Source of the DNA: an uncultured Burkholderiaceae bacterium
GTDB taxonomy: Bacteria; Pseudomonadota; Gammaproteobacteria; Burkholderiales; Burkholderiaceae_C
Assembly (NCBI GenBank): GCA_964371405.1
Contig: CAYJLV010000022.1
Location: 1,227-65,226, forward strand
Direction of reading: 5' to 3'
DNA length: 64,000 bases
In this document: one piece after another, positions 27,304 through 36,843 of the stretch
Layout of the letters: every line of letters starts with the position of its first letter
Numbering within the stretch: position 1 is the first letter of the stretch
Program-made: the position numbers and the translations under genes
Notes under the pieces: model-generated
What the model was told of the DNA's origin: nothing
Databases searched by the model: none
Seen by the model: only the letters and a program-made list of their open reading frames with translations

Positions 27304-28692
27304 ATGACGGCAAGCCGTTACTACATCCGACATCTGGCAGCGACGTTCGTCGCGCTGACCGTGGCGCAGGCCTGCATGGCGCAGGCTCGCGATGCGTCGC
27401 GCCTCGGCAAGGATCTGACCCTCGCGGGCGCCGAGCCGGCAGCCAACAAGGACGGCACGATCCCCGCGTTCGCGCCGGCCGACGCGCTGCTGCCGGGCTG
27501 GTCGGCGGGCAAGCGCCGCGCCGACTACTTCCGGCACGCGGGCGACAAGCCCCTCTACACGATCGACGCGGGCAACGTCGACCAGCACGCCGCCAAGCTG
27601 TCGCCCGGCCAGGTGGCGCTGATCAAGCAGATCAAGGGCTACCAGATGGAGGTCTACCCGAGCCGCCGGACCTGCGCCAACCCCGACTTCGTCGTCGAGA
27701 ACACCAAGAAGAACGTCGCCGTCGCCAAGCTCGGCGCCGACGGCTGGAGCCTGAAGGACGCGGTGCTGCCCGGCATCCCGTTCCCGATGCCGGCCAACGG
27801 CGCCGAGGCGATGTGGAACTACAAGCTCAAGTACGCGGGCATCGGCTACGAGTGGCCGCTGAACTGGATCGCGCTGTCGCCGCGCAAGGGCAGCAGCGAC
27901 TGGATCCGCGCCGGCGCGACGCAGACCTACTACTTCCCGTGGGGCAAGAAGGGCAGCACGCCGCTGGCGCAGCTGCCGCAGACCGAGTACTACACCTACT
28001 TCGCCTACGAGTCGCCGCCGGCGCTGGCCGGCCAGGCGCTGGTGGTCATCTACTACACCGACAAGCCGGGCGACACCTTCTACTACTTCCCGGGCCAGCG
28101 CCGCGTGCGCCGCATGCCGACGTATGCCTACGACGCCCCGCAGATCGGCTTCGAGAACCAGTACACCCTGGACGAGCCGCGCATGTTCAACGGCACCATG
28201 GACCGGTTCGACTGGAAGCTGGTCGGCAAGAAGGAGCTGCTGGTCGGCTACAACTCCTTCGGCATGTACGACCCCGCGGTCAAGCTCGACAGCGTGCTCA
28301 AGAACGACATGCTCGCGAGCGCAGCGCGCCGCTATGAGATGCATCGCGTCTGGGTGGTCGAGGCCACGGTCAAGAGCGGCGTGCGGCACGTGACGCCCAA
28401 GCGCACCTTCTATCTCGACGAGGACAGCTGGTCGATCATGGTCGCCGAGGACTACGACGCCCAGGGCAAGCTGTGGAAGGTGCGCGAGAGCTACGCCATC
28501 CCGGTGCACGAGACGGGAAGCTGCGACAACGCGGCCTTCGTCCAGTACAACGTGATCGACGGCCGCTACCTGTTCGATCAAAGCCCCCTGGGCGCAGGCA
28601 AGGACATGCGCTGGGTGGTCGAGTCCAAGGAGCCCAAGTTCAGCGAGGGCTTCTACACCGCAGACAACCTGCGTTCCATCAGCGAGCGCTGA
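27304..28692 (+). CDS. DUF1329 domain protein (LolA-like periplasmic or outer-membrane-associated)
   Basis: Signal peptide, then GKDLTLAGAEPAANKDGTIPAF and the rest typical of DUF1329. AAGGAGA RBS present. Confidence 0.85.
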   Translation: MTASRYYIRHLAATFVALTVAQACMAQARDASRLGKDLTLAGAEPAANKDGTIPAFAPADALLPGWSAGKRRADYFRHAGDKPLYTIDAGNVDQHAAKLSPGQVALIKQIKGYQMEVYPSRRTCANPDFVVENTKKNVAVAKLGADGWSLKDAVLPGIPFPMPANGAEAMWNYKLKYAGIGYEWPLNWIALSPRKGSSDWIRAGATQTYYFPWGKKGSTPLAQLPQTEYYTYFAYESPPALAGQALVVIYYTDKPGDTFYYFPGQRRVRRMPTYAYDAPQIGFENQYTLDEPRMFNGTMDRFDWKLVGKKELLVGYNSFGMYDPAVKLDSVLKNDMLASAARRYEMHRVWVVEATVKSGVRHVTPKRTFYLDEDSWSIMVAEDYDAQGKLWKVRESYAIPVHETGSCDNAAFVQYNVIDGRYLFDQSPLGAGKDMRWVVESKEPKFSEGFYTADNLRSISER

Positions 28693-28723
28693 AGCGCCAA
28701 CCCGCCCCCGAGGAGGAGACCCC

Positions 28724-30412
28724 ATGAAGCATTTCGCCCCTGCGCAGGGCGTTGCCCTCGCCTGCGCCGCGCTGTCCGCACTGGCGCCTGCCAGTTCGGT
28801 CGCCTTCACGTTCGAGACCGAGCAGATGAAGGGATCGTTCGATTCCACCATCACGCTGGGCACGGGCCGCCGGCTCAGCAATCAGAGCTGCGCGCTGCTC
28901 GGCACGCCCAACGCCGTCTGCGGTCCGGGCGACGTCAACCCGCTGACCTGGGCCGGCGCCGACGACGGCAACCTCAACTACAACAAGGGCGACCACTTCA
29001 CGACCTACCTGAAGGGCACGCACGAGCTGCTGCTCACGAGGCCCGCCGACGGCATCAAGTTCATGGGCCGGTTCAACTGGCTCAAGGACTTCACCGCCGA
29101 CGACACGCGCACCACGCCGCTCACGTCCGACGCCAAGAAGCAGATCGTCAACAACGTCAACCTGCTCGACCTGTGGGTCAGCAAGGACTTCAGGCTCGGC
29201 GACCAGTCGGGCCGCGTCAAGATCGGCAACCAGGTCATCAGCTGGGGCGAGAGCCTGTTCGCGCTGGGCGGCATCAACGCCACCAACTCCGTCGACCTGG
29301 TGCGCCTGTCCAACCCGGGCGTGCAGCTCAAGGAAGTGTTCCTGCCCGCGCCGATCGTCAGCGTGTCGAGCTCGCTGGCGACGGGCGTCAACTTCGAAGC
29401 GTACTACCAGCTCCACTGGAACCGCTACAAGTTCCCGCCGGCGGGCTCGTACTGGTCGCAGGGCGACATCTTCGACAAGGGCCGCGGCAACCTGCCGTTC
29501 CTCGACCCCGACAACGAGCCGCGCAACAGCGGGCAGTTCGGCGTCTCGTTGCGCTGGCGGCCCAAGAGCATCGACGCCGACTTCGGCATCTATGCGGTGA
29601 ACTATCACGACAAGACGCCCAATCTCGCCTACAGCACCGGCGCGACGGGGCAGCTGCAATGGAACTTCCTGCCCAACCGCAAGCTGTACGGCATCAGCGC
29701 CAACACGGCGCTCGGCGACTGGGCGCTCGGCGCCGAGCTGTCGTACCGGCCGAAGGATGCCGTCACGCTCACGGCGTGCGCCGATGCCGGCACCGGCGGC
29801 ACGGCTCAGGACTTCACGCCGACGGCGGCGCCGACGACGGCCTGCCCCGGCTGGATCGACAACAAGCGCTGGCAACTGCACCTCACCGGCCTGTACAGCC
29901 TGACGCCGAGCAACGCCGGCGGCTTCCTCGACCTCGTCGGCGCGCAGACCGGCACCTTCCTCGGCGAATTCGTCGTCATCCACTATCCCGGCATCAGCCA
30001 GGACAAGCTGGTCACGCGCACCGTCAACGGCGTCGCCGTCGAGCAGGCGGTGGCCGCGGGCCTGTGGTGGCTGCCGTCGTCGGGCGCCGGCGTGACGCGC
30101 GGCTTCGGCGACGCCACGTCGATGGGCTACATGTTCGACTTCAGCCTGGTCTACGACAGCACGCTGATCCCGGGCTGGCAGGTCGTCCCGGGCGTGTTCG
30201 TGCAGCACGCCGTCAAGGGCTCGACGCCGAGCTTCCTGGCCAACTGGCTCGAAGGTGCGAAGGCGGTCAACTTCTACGTCAACTTCGTGCAGAACCCGGC
30301 GACATGGCAGGCCGGCATCAACGTCGCCAAGTTCTTCGGCGGCAAGACGCCGACGCACCAGCCGCTGGGTGACCGCGACTTCATCGGCCTCTACCTGTCG
30401 CGCAACCTTTGA
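28724..30412 (+). CDS. DUF1302 domain protein (putative outer-membrane beta-barrel)
   Basis: Signal peptide, then FTFETEQMKGSFDSTITLGTG and a beta-rich sequence with a terminal aromatic residue, typical of DUF1302. Confidence 0.85.
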   Translation: MKHFAPAQGVALACAALSALAPASSVAFTFETEQMKGSFDSTITLGTGRRLSNQSCALLGTPNAVCGPGDVNPLTWAGADDGNLNYNKGDHFTTYLKGTHELLLTRPADGIKFMGRFNWLKDFTADDTRTTPLTSDAKKQIVNNVNLLDLWVSKDFRLGDQSGRVKIGNQVISWGESLFALGGINATNSVDLVRLSNPGVQLKEVFLPAPIVSVSSSLATGVNFEAYYQLHWNRYKFPPAGSYWSQGDIFDKGRGNLPFLDPDNEPRNSGQFGVSLRWRPKSIDADFGIYAVNYHDKTPNLAYSTGATGQLQWNFLPNRKLYGISANTALGDWALGAELSYRPKDAVTLTACADAGTGGTAQDFTPTAAPTTACPGWIDNKRWQLHLTGLYSLTPSNAGGFLDLVGAQTGTFLGEFVVIHYPGISQDKLVTRTVNGVAVEQAVAAGLWWLPSSGAGVTRGFGDATSMGYMFDFSLVYDSTLIPGWQVVPGVFVQHAVKGSTPSFLANWLEGAKAVNFYVNFVQNPATWQAGINVAKFFGGKTPTHQPLGDRDFIGLYLSRNL

Positions 30413-30420
30413 ACGAGCGC

Positions 30421-32805
30421 ATGCCGTCGCCCACGTCCTCGTCGGCCTGGACGACGGCCATCGCGCGCGCCGAGGAGTTCTGCTTCTCGCGCCGGGCGCT
30501 CGTGCTCGGCGTGTTGCTGGCGCTGACCGCCGTCATGGGCTGGTTCGCGCTGCAGCTGCGCATGGACGCGGGCTTCGAGAAGCAGATGCCGCTCGGCCAC
30601 GAGTACGTGCGGACGTTCGACGCCTACCGCAACGACGTGCTGGGAGCGAACCGGCTCAACATCGTCGTGCGCGCGCGTGAGGGCGCGATCTGGACCACGG
30701 CCGGGCTCAAGCGGCTGCACGACGTGACGCAGGCCGTCACCTACCTGCCCAATGTCGACCGGCTCGGCGTGCAGTCGCTGTGGACGTCCAACACCTTCGT
30801 CAACGAGATCACCGAGGAGGGATTTCGCGCCGATCCGCTGATCGCCGGCACGATCACGCCCGAGCAGCTCACCACGGCGTCGATCGCAGGCATCCGCCAG
30901 GCCGCCAGCCAGGGCGGCTTCATCGGCACCCTCGTCTCGCGCGACGAAGCCGGCGCCATGGTGGTGGCCGAGCTCGCCGAGACCGGCGGCGACGGCCAGC
31001 GCCTCGACTACGTCGCCTACAACCGCCTGCTCGAACAGGAGATCCGCGCCCGCTTCGAGGACGCCGACTTCGAGATCCAGATCATCGGCTTCGCCAAGCA
31101 GATCGGCGACATCGCCGACGGCGCCGCGGCCGTGCTGCAGTACTGCGCGATCGCGATGGCGCTCACGGCGCTGGCGGTGTACTGGTACTGCCGCTCGATC
31201 GCGTTCACCGTGCTGCCCATCGCCTGCTCGCTGGCCTCGCTCGTCTGGCAGTTCGGCACGCTGCGCCTGCTCGGCTTCGGCCTCGATCCGCTGGCCGTGC
31301 TGGTGCCGTTCCTCGTCTTCGCCATCGGCGTGTCGCACGGCGTGCAGCAGATCAACTTCATCGTGCGCGAGCTGGCGCGCGGACGCACCACGATGCAGGC
31401 CTGCCGCGCCAGCTTCACGGGCCTGCTGATCCCCGGCACGCTGGCCCTCGTGACGGCCTTCGTCACGTTCATCACGCTGCTGGTGATCCCGATCCCGATG
31501 GTGCGCGAGCTGGCGATCACCGCGGCGCTGGGCGTGGCCTACAAGATCGTCACCAACCTCGTCATGCTGCCGGTCGCGGCGTCGTACGTCCGCGTCAGCG
31601 ACGACTGGGCGCGGCGCGCGATGGCCATCAACGACCGGCGCGCCGGCTGGCTGCGCCCGGTGGCTGCGCTGGCGCAGCCGCGGCGCGCCGCGTGGACGCT
31701 GGCCGTGGTCGCCGTCGTCTTCGCCGCAGCGGTATGGCAAAGCAGCGACCGCGTCGTCGGCACGCTGCAGCCGGGCGCGCCCGAGCTGCGGCCCGAGGCG
31801 CGCTTCAACCGCGACGCCGTTTCGATCGCAGGCAGCTTCGACACCGGTCTCGACTGGCTGACCGTGGTGTTCGAGTCGCCGCCGAACTCGTGCGAGAACC
31901 CGTCCGTCGGCGTGTGGCAGGACGAGTTCGTCTGGCAGATGACGCCGGTCGAAGGCGTGCAGTCGGTCGTGTCGTTCGCCGGGCAGATGCGCCTGTTCAA
32001 CGAGGGCTACAACGAAGGCCATCCGAAGATGTCCGTCGTGCCGATCGATCCCGGCAACTACTCGGCGCTGGCCGCCGAGATCGGCCGCACGCGCGGCATG
32101 ATGCGCGGCGACTGCAGCATGGCGGCGGCGCACCTGTTCCTCGCCGACCACAAGGCGACGACGATCAATCGCGTGATCGACTCCGTGAAGCACTTTCGCG
32201 AGGAGCACCCGCTGCCCGGCTCGACGATCCGGCTCGCCTCGGGCAACGCCGGCGTGCTGGCCGCCGTCAACGACGAAGTGCACCGCAGCGAGCTGCCGAT
32301 GATGCTGTACGTCTATGCCGCCATCGTGCTGCTGGTGGCGCTGGTGTACCGCGACCTGCGCGCCGTGCTGACCTGCTGCCTGCCGCTGACCGTCGGCACC
32401 TTCATCGGCTACTGGTTCATGAAGTCGCTCGAGATCGGCCTCACCGTGGCGACGCTGCCGGTGATGGTGCTGGCCGTGGGCATCGGCGTCGACTATGCGT
32501 TCTACATCTACAACCGGCTGCAGCTGCACCTCGCGCACGGCCAGCCGATCGTCAAGGCGATCGAGCACTCGATCCTCGAAGTCGGCGCGGCGACGATCTT
32601 CACCGCGTTCACGCTGGCCATCGGCGTGGCCACCTGGTCGTTCTCGGAGCTCAAGTTCCAGGCCGACATGGGCAAGCTGCTGGCCTTCATGTTCATGGTC
32701 AACATGGTGCTGGCGATGACGGCGCTGCCCGCCTTCGCCGTGTGGCTGGATCGGCTCTTCCCGCGGCGCGGACCAGTGCATGCGCCCGGGCTGCTGGCGC
32801 ACTGA
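30421..32805 (+). CDS. RND-superfamily (MMPL/HpnN-like) transporter
   Basis: About 794 aa with two 6-TM bundles, each preceded by a large loop. An alternative TTG start at 30409 overlaps the DUF1302 stop. Confidence 0.85.
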   Translation: MPSPTSSSAWTTAIARAEEFCFSRRALVLGVLLALTAVMGWFALQLRMDAGFEKQMPLGHEYVRTFDAYRNDVLGANRLNIVVRAREGAIWTTAGLKRLHDVTQAVTYLPNVDRLGVQSLWTSNTFVNEITEEGFRADPLIAGTITPEQLTTASIAGIRQAASQGGFIGTLVSRDEAGAMVVAELAETGGDGQRLDYVAYNRLLEQEIRARFEDADFEIQIIGFAKQIGDIADGAAAVLQYCAIAMALTALAVYWYCRSIAFTVLPIACSLASLVWQFGTLRLLGFGLDPLAVLVPFLVFAIGVSHGVQQINFIVRELARGRTTMQACRASFTGLLIPGTLALVTAFVTFITLLVIPIPMVRELAITAALGVAYKIVTNLVMLPVAASYVRVSDDWARRAMAINDRRAGWLRPVAALAQPRRAAWTLAVVAVVFAAAVWQSSDRVVGTLQPGAPELRPEARFNRDAVSIAGSFDTGLDWLTVVFESPPNSCENPSVGVWQDEFVWQMTPVEGVQSVVSFAGQMRLFNEGYNEGHPKMSVVPIDPGNYSALAAEIGRTRGMMRGDCSMAAAHLFLADHKATTINRVIDSVKHFREEHPLPGSTIRLASGNAGVLAAVNDEVHRSELPMMLYVYAAIVLLVALVYRDLRAVLTCCLPLTVGTFIGYWFMKSLEIGLTVATLPVMVLAVGIGVDYAFYIYNRLQLHLAHGQPIVKAIEHSILEVGAATIFTAFTLAIGVATWSFSELKFQADMGKLLAFMFMVNMVLAMTALPAFAVWLDRLFPRRGPVHAPGLLAH

Positions 32806-32818
32806 GGAGGGACGGATC

Positions 32819-33823
32819 GTGCGCCCGTTTGCCCGCACCGCGGTCGTCGACACCGCGAGGTTCGCAGCGACACTGCTGCTGTCGTGCGCTGCGGGTGCGT
32901 CCCAAGGCGTTGATGTGCCGCCGACGCTGCAGCCGCATCCTGCGGCCGTCGTCGCGCATGCGTCGCATGCGGCGCTGCTCGGCGCCGCGCGCGCCGGGGC
33001 CCGCATGGTCGCCGTCGGCGACCACGGCGTCGTGCTGCTGTCCGACGACGGCGGCCGGCAGTGGCGGCAGGCCCGCGCCGTGCCCGTGAGCTCGACGCTC
33101 ACGTCGGTGAGCTTCGCCGACGATCGGCACGGCTGGGCCGTCGGCCACTGGGGCGTCGTACTCGCGACGCGCGACGGCGGCGAGACGTGGGAGATCACCC
33201 GCATCGACGCGAGCGTGGACCGCCCGCTGTTCGCCGTGCATGCCTTCGACGCGCAGCACCTGGTCGCGGTCGGGCTGTGGTCGCTGGTGCTGACCAGCGC
33301 CGACGGCGGCCGCAGCTGGTCGACCGTGCCGCTCCCGCCGCCGCCCGCCGCCGACGGCCGCACCGGCGGCAAGGCCGACCTCAACCTGTTCGGCCTGGCC
33401 GTGGACGACCGCGGCGTCCTGTACGCCGCCGGCGAGCGCGGCATGGTGCTGCGCTCGACCGATCGCGGCGCCCGCTGGACCTATCTGCCCACCGGCTACA
33501 AGGGTTCGTTCTGGTCGGTGGCATCGCCCGCTGCCGGCGTGGTCGTCGCCGCGGGGCTGCGCGGCTCGATCTACCGCAGCGCCGACGACGGCAAGAGCTG
33601 GTCGCGCGTCGAAAGCCACGGCAAGTCGTCGATCACGGCTCTCGTGCGCGACGGCAGCGAACTGCTCGCGCTGGGCCTGGACGGACTCCTGCTGCGCAGC
33701 GCCGAACACGGCGCGGGCTTCGTCGCCGCGCCGCGCAGCGACCGTGCCGCACTCACCGCTGCGCTGCCGCGCGCCGAAGGCGGCCCCGTGCTGTTCTCGC
33801 GCGGCGGCGTGGTCAAGGACTGA
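32819..33823 (+). CDS. BNR/Asp-box repeat protein (Ycf48/photosystem II stability factor-like beta-propeller)
   Basis: Repeated Asp-boxes (TRDGGETW, SADGGRSW, STDRGARW, SADDGKSW). GTG 32819 has GAGGAG about 8 nt upstream. Confidence 0.8.
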   Translation: MRPFARTAVVDTARFAATLLLSCAAGASQGVDVPPTLQPHPAAVVAHASHAALLGAARAGARMVAVGDHGVVLLSDDGGRQWRQARAVPVSSTLTSVSFADDRHGWAVGHWGVVLATRDGGETWEITRIDASVDRPLFAVHAFDAQHLVAVGLWSLVLTSADGGRSWSTVPLPPPPAADGRTGGKADLNLFGLAVDDRGVLYAAGERGMVLRSTDRGARWTYLPTGYKGSFWSVASPAAGVVVAAGLRGSIYRSADDGKSWSRVESHGKSSITALVRDGSELLALGLDGLLLRSAEHGAGFVAAPRSDRAALTAALPRAEGGPVLFSRGGVVKD

Positions 33824-33860
33824 CGCGCTGCGCGACCCGCATCGAAAGGAAACGCCACTC

Positions 33861-35315
33861 ATGAAGTATCCCCCTCTGGCGCTCCACGTGGCAGGCAGCT
33901 GGCTGCCGCGCGCCTCGGGTGGCGAGCGCTTCGTCATCGGCCCGGCCGACGAGACGCCGCTGGCGACGCTGCCGCTGGCCGGCGCCGCCGAGCTGGCCGC
34001 AGCCGCTGAATCCGCGCAACGCGGATTCGCCGCCTGGCGTCGCCGCAGCGCCCACGACCGCTACGCCATCCTGCGCACCGCGGCCGAGCTGATGCGCCAG
34101 CGCTCCGACCGGATCGCGTCGGTGCTCACGCTGGAGCAAGGCAAGCCGCTGGCCGAGGCGACGCGCGAGGTCAAGCTGTCGGCCGACATCCTCGACTTCC
34201 AGGCCGAAGAGGGCAAGCGCGTGTACGGCCGCACGGTGGCGCCGCGCGCCGAAGGCATCCTGACGCAGACCGTGACGCGCCGGCCCGTGGGCCCCGTCGC
34301 CGCATTCACGGCGTGGAACTTTCCGGTCAACCTGCCGGTGCGCAAGCTCGCGAGCGCGCTGGCCGCCGGCTGCAGCGTCGTGATCAAGCCCGACGAGCAG
34401 ACGCCGGCGACGTGCATGCTGATCGTGCAGGCCTTTCTCGATGCCGGCGTGCCGGCCGACGCGATCAACATGGTGTGCGGGGAGCCGGCCGAGGTGTCGT
34501 CGACACTGATCGCGCATCCGGCGATCGCCAAGGTGTCGATCACCGGCTCGGTCGCGGTGGGCAAGCTGCTCGGCGAACAGGCGGCGCGCCACGTCAAGCG
34601 CTTCACCGGCGAACTCGGCGGGCACGCGCCCGTGATCGTCGCCGACGACATGTGCGACAGCGCGTCGCTCGCCTTCGTGCTCAAGAGTTCGCTGACGGCC
34701 AAGTTCCGCAACGCGGGGCAGGTGTGCGCGTCGCCGATCCGCTTTTTCCTGCCGCGCCGCCACCTTGCGGCTTTCGCCGAGCAGTTCGCGCTCGGCGCGC
34801 AGCAGTTGCGTCTGGGGCCGGGCACCGATCCGCAGACGCAGATGGGGCCGCTGGCGCACGCCCGACGCATCGACGACATGGAGCGCTTCGTCGACGACGC
34901 GGTCGGCTGCGGCGCGCGGCTGCTGACCGGCGGACACCGGCTCGACCGGCCGGGCTACTACTTCGAGCCGACCGTCTTCGCCGACGCACCGCCGGAATGC
35001 CGGCTGATGCGCCAGGAGCCGTTCGGTCCGATCGCCGTGCTGCAGCCCTACGACACGCTCGACGCGGCCATCGCCACGGCGAACGCCCTGCCCTATGGCC
35101 TGGGCGCCTACGGCTTCACGCGTGACCTGCACACCGCGCACCGCCTCGCCGACGAAATCGAGGCCGGCATGGTGGGTATCAACAGCTATGGCGTCTCGCA
35201 ACCCGAGATGCCGTTCGGCGGCTGCAAGGAGAGCGGCATCGGCCACGAGATGGGCGCCGAAGGCATCCTGCACTACACCGAGATCAAGACCGTCACGATC
35301 GGCGTTCCGGGATAA
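33861..35315 (+). CDS. NAD(P)-dependent aldehyde dehydrogenase
   Basis: FTGELGGHAP and catalytic Cys context NAGQVCASP. 484 aa. ATG 33861 lies within ORF 33744-35315. Confidence 0.9.
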   Translation: MKYPPLALHVAGSWLPRASGGERFVIGPADETPLATLPLAGAAELAAAAESAQRGFAAWRRRSAHDRYAILRTAAELMRQRSDRIASVLTLEQGKPLAEATREVKLSADILDFQAEEGKRVYGRTVAPRAEGILTQTVTRRPVGPVAAFTAWNFPVNLPVRKLASALAAGCSVVIKPDEQTPATCMLIVQAFLDAGVPADAINMVCGEPAEVSSTLIAHPAIAKVSITGSVAVGKLLGEQAARHVKRFTGELGGHAPVIVADDMCDSASLAFVLKSSLTAKFRNAGQVCASPIRFFLPRRHLAAFAEQFALGAQQLRLGPGTDPQTQMGPLAHARRIDDMERFVDDAVGCGARLLTGGHRLDRPGYYFEPTVFADAPPECRLMRQEPFGPIAVLQPYDTLDAAIATANALPYGLGAYGFTRDLHTAHRLADEIEAGMVGINSYGVSQPEMPFGGCKESGIGHEMGAEGILHYTEIKTVTIGVPG

Positions 35316-35352
35316 GCGTTTCGCAGTTCGGCGGTCTCGCCCGCCACCCCCG

Positions 35353-35391
35353 GTGTTTACCCGAAGCCCATCGTTCGGGGAACTGATAACG
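35353..35391 (+). promoter_or_regulatory. bipartite conserved motif, copy B (GTGTTTACCCGAA-N15-AACTGATAACG)
   Basis: 23 of 24 specified positions are identical to copy A, with the same 15-nt spacer. A -10-like TATCGT lies 19 nt downstream (35411-35416). Confidence 0.6.
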
Positions 35392-35452
35392 GTCTTGCAG
35401 GCGGCGCGCCTATCGTTTGCACTGTTCCGCAGCCCACCTTCGCGACGCACGC

Positions 35453-36820
35453 ATGAGCCCCGATCGAGACGCCCTCAAGCGCGACAACGCGCAGTTCATC
35501 TGGCACCCGATGGCGCACCCCGGTGCGATGAAGAAGAACGGGCCCGACATCATCGCGCGCGGCGAAGGCTGCTGGATCTGGGACGTCGACGGCCACAAGA
35601 TGCTCGACGGCGTGGGCGGGCTGTGGGCCAGCAACCTCGGCCACAGCAACCGGCGCGTGCGCGACGCCATCGTGGCGCAGCTCGACGAGCTGCCGTTCTA
35701 CAACGTGTTCCGCGGCACCAGCCATGTGCGCGCCATCGAGCTGTCGACGCGGCTCGTGGGCATGATGGCGCCCGAGCAGGTCGGCGCTGTGATGTTCTCC
35801 ACCGGCGGCAGCGATGCCGTCGAAGGTGCGCTCAAGATCGCCCGGCAGTACTGGAAGCTGCGCGGCCAGGCCGACCGCACCAAGTTCATCAGCCTGCGTC
35901 AGGGCTACCACGGCGTGCATTTCGGCGGCATGAGCATCAACGGCAACACCAGCTTCCGCCGCGCGTATGAGCCGCTGCTTCCGGGCTGCTTCCACGTCGA
36001 CACGCCCTGGCTGTACCACAACCCCTATACCGACGACCCGGAGCAGCTGGGCCGCATCTGCGCCGAACTGCTCGAGCGCGAAATCGTGTTCCAGGGGCCC
36101 GACACGGTGGCCGCCTTCATTGCCGAGCCCATCCAGGGCGCCGGCGGCGTGATCGTGCCGCCCCCCAATTACTGGCCCCTGGTGCGCCAGATCTGCGACA
36201 AGCACGGCGTGCTGCTGATCGCCGACGAAGTCGTCACCGGGTTCGGCCGCGCCGGCGCGCTGTTCGGCACGCGGCTGTGGGGCATCAATGCCGACATCTG
36301 GTGCCTGGCCAAGGGCATCAGCTCGGGCTACGTCCCGCTCGGCGCCACCGCCATCGGCAGCAAGGTCGCCGAAGTGTTCGACGCCGATGCCAGCGGCGCC
36401 GGCACGGTGACGCACGGCTACACCTACAGCGCGCATCCGGTGGCGGCGGCGGCGGCGCTGGCCACGCTCGAACAGATCGAGGAACTCGACATCCCGGGCC
36501 ACGCGGCCCGCGTCGGCGCGCACCTGCACCAGCGGCTGGCCGGCTTCGTCGACAAGTTCGGCGTCGTCGGCGACTTGCGCGGGCGCGGCCTGATGGCCGG
36601 CATCGAGATGGTCGCCGACAAGGCGCGGCGCGTCCCGATGCCGCGCAGCAGCGACGTGCCATCGCGCGTCGCGCGCGAAGCCTACCGGCGCGGCCTGATG
36701 GTGCGCATCTCGGGGCCGAACCTGATCCTGTCGCCGCCGCTCGTGATCACGCTCGAGGAGGTGGACTTCATGGTCGACGTGCTCGACGCCAGCTTCGCCG
36801 CCGTGCAGGCTACGCTGTGA
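35453..36820 (+). CDS. class III (omega) aminotransferase, PLP-dependent
   Basis: GGLWASNLGH, DEVVTGFGRAG and the PLP-Lys context WCLAKGISSGY. Start set at ATG 35453, downstream of the predicted -10. Confidence 0.9.
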   Translation: MSPDRDALKRDNAQFIWHPMAHPGAMKKNGPDIIARGEGCWIWDVDGHKMLDGVGGLWASNLGHSNRRVRDAIVAQLDELPFYNVFRGTSHVRAIELSTRLVGMMAPEQVGAVMFSTGGSDAVEGALKIARQYWKLRGQADRTKFISLRQGYHGVHFGGMSINGNTSFRRAYEPLLPGCFHVDTPWLYHNPYTDDPEQLGRICAELLEREIVFQGPDTVAAFIAEPIQGAGGVIVPPPNYWPLVRQICDKHGVLLIADEVVTGFGRAGALFGTRLWGINADIWCLAKGISSGYVPLGATAIGSKVAEVFDADASGAGTVTHGYTYSAHPVAAAAALATLEQIEELDIPGHAARVGAHLHQRLAGFVDKFGVVGDLRGRGLMAGIEMVADKARRVPMPRSSDVPSRVAREAYRRGLMVRISGPNLILSPPLVITLEEVDFMVDVLDASFAAVQATL

Positions 36821-36843
36821 CGGCTCGCAACGAAGGGATTCCC

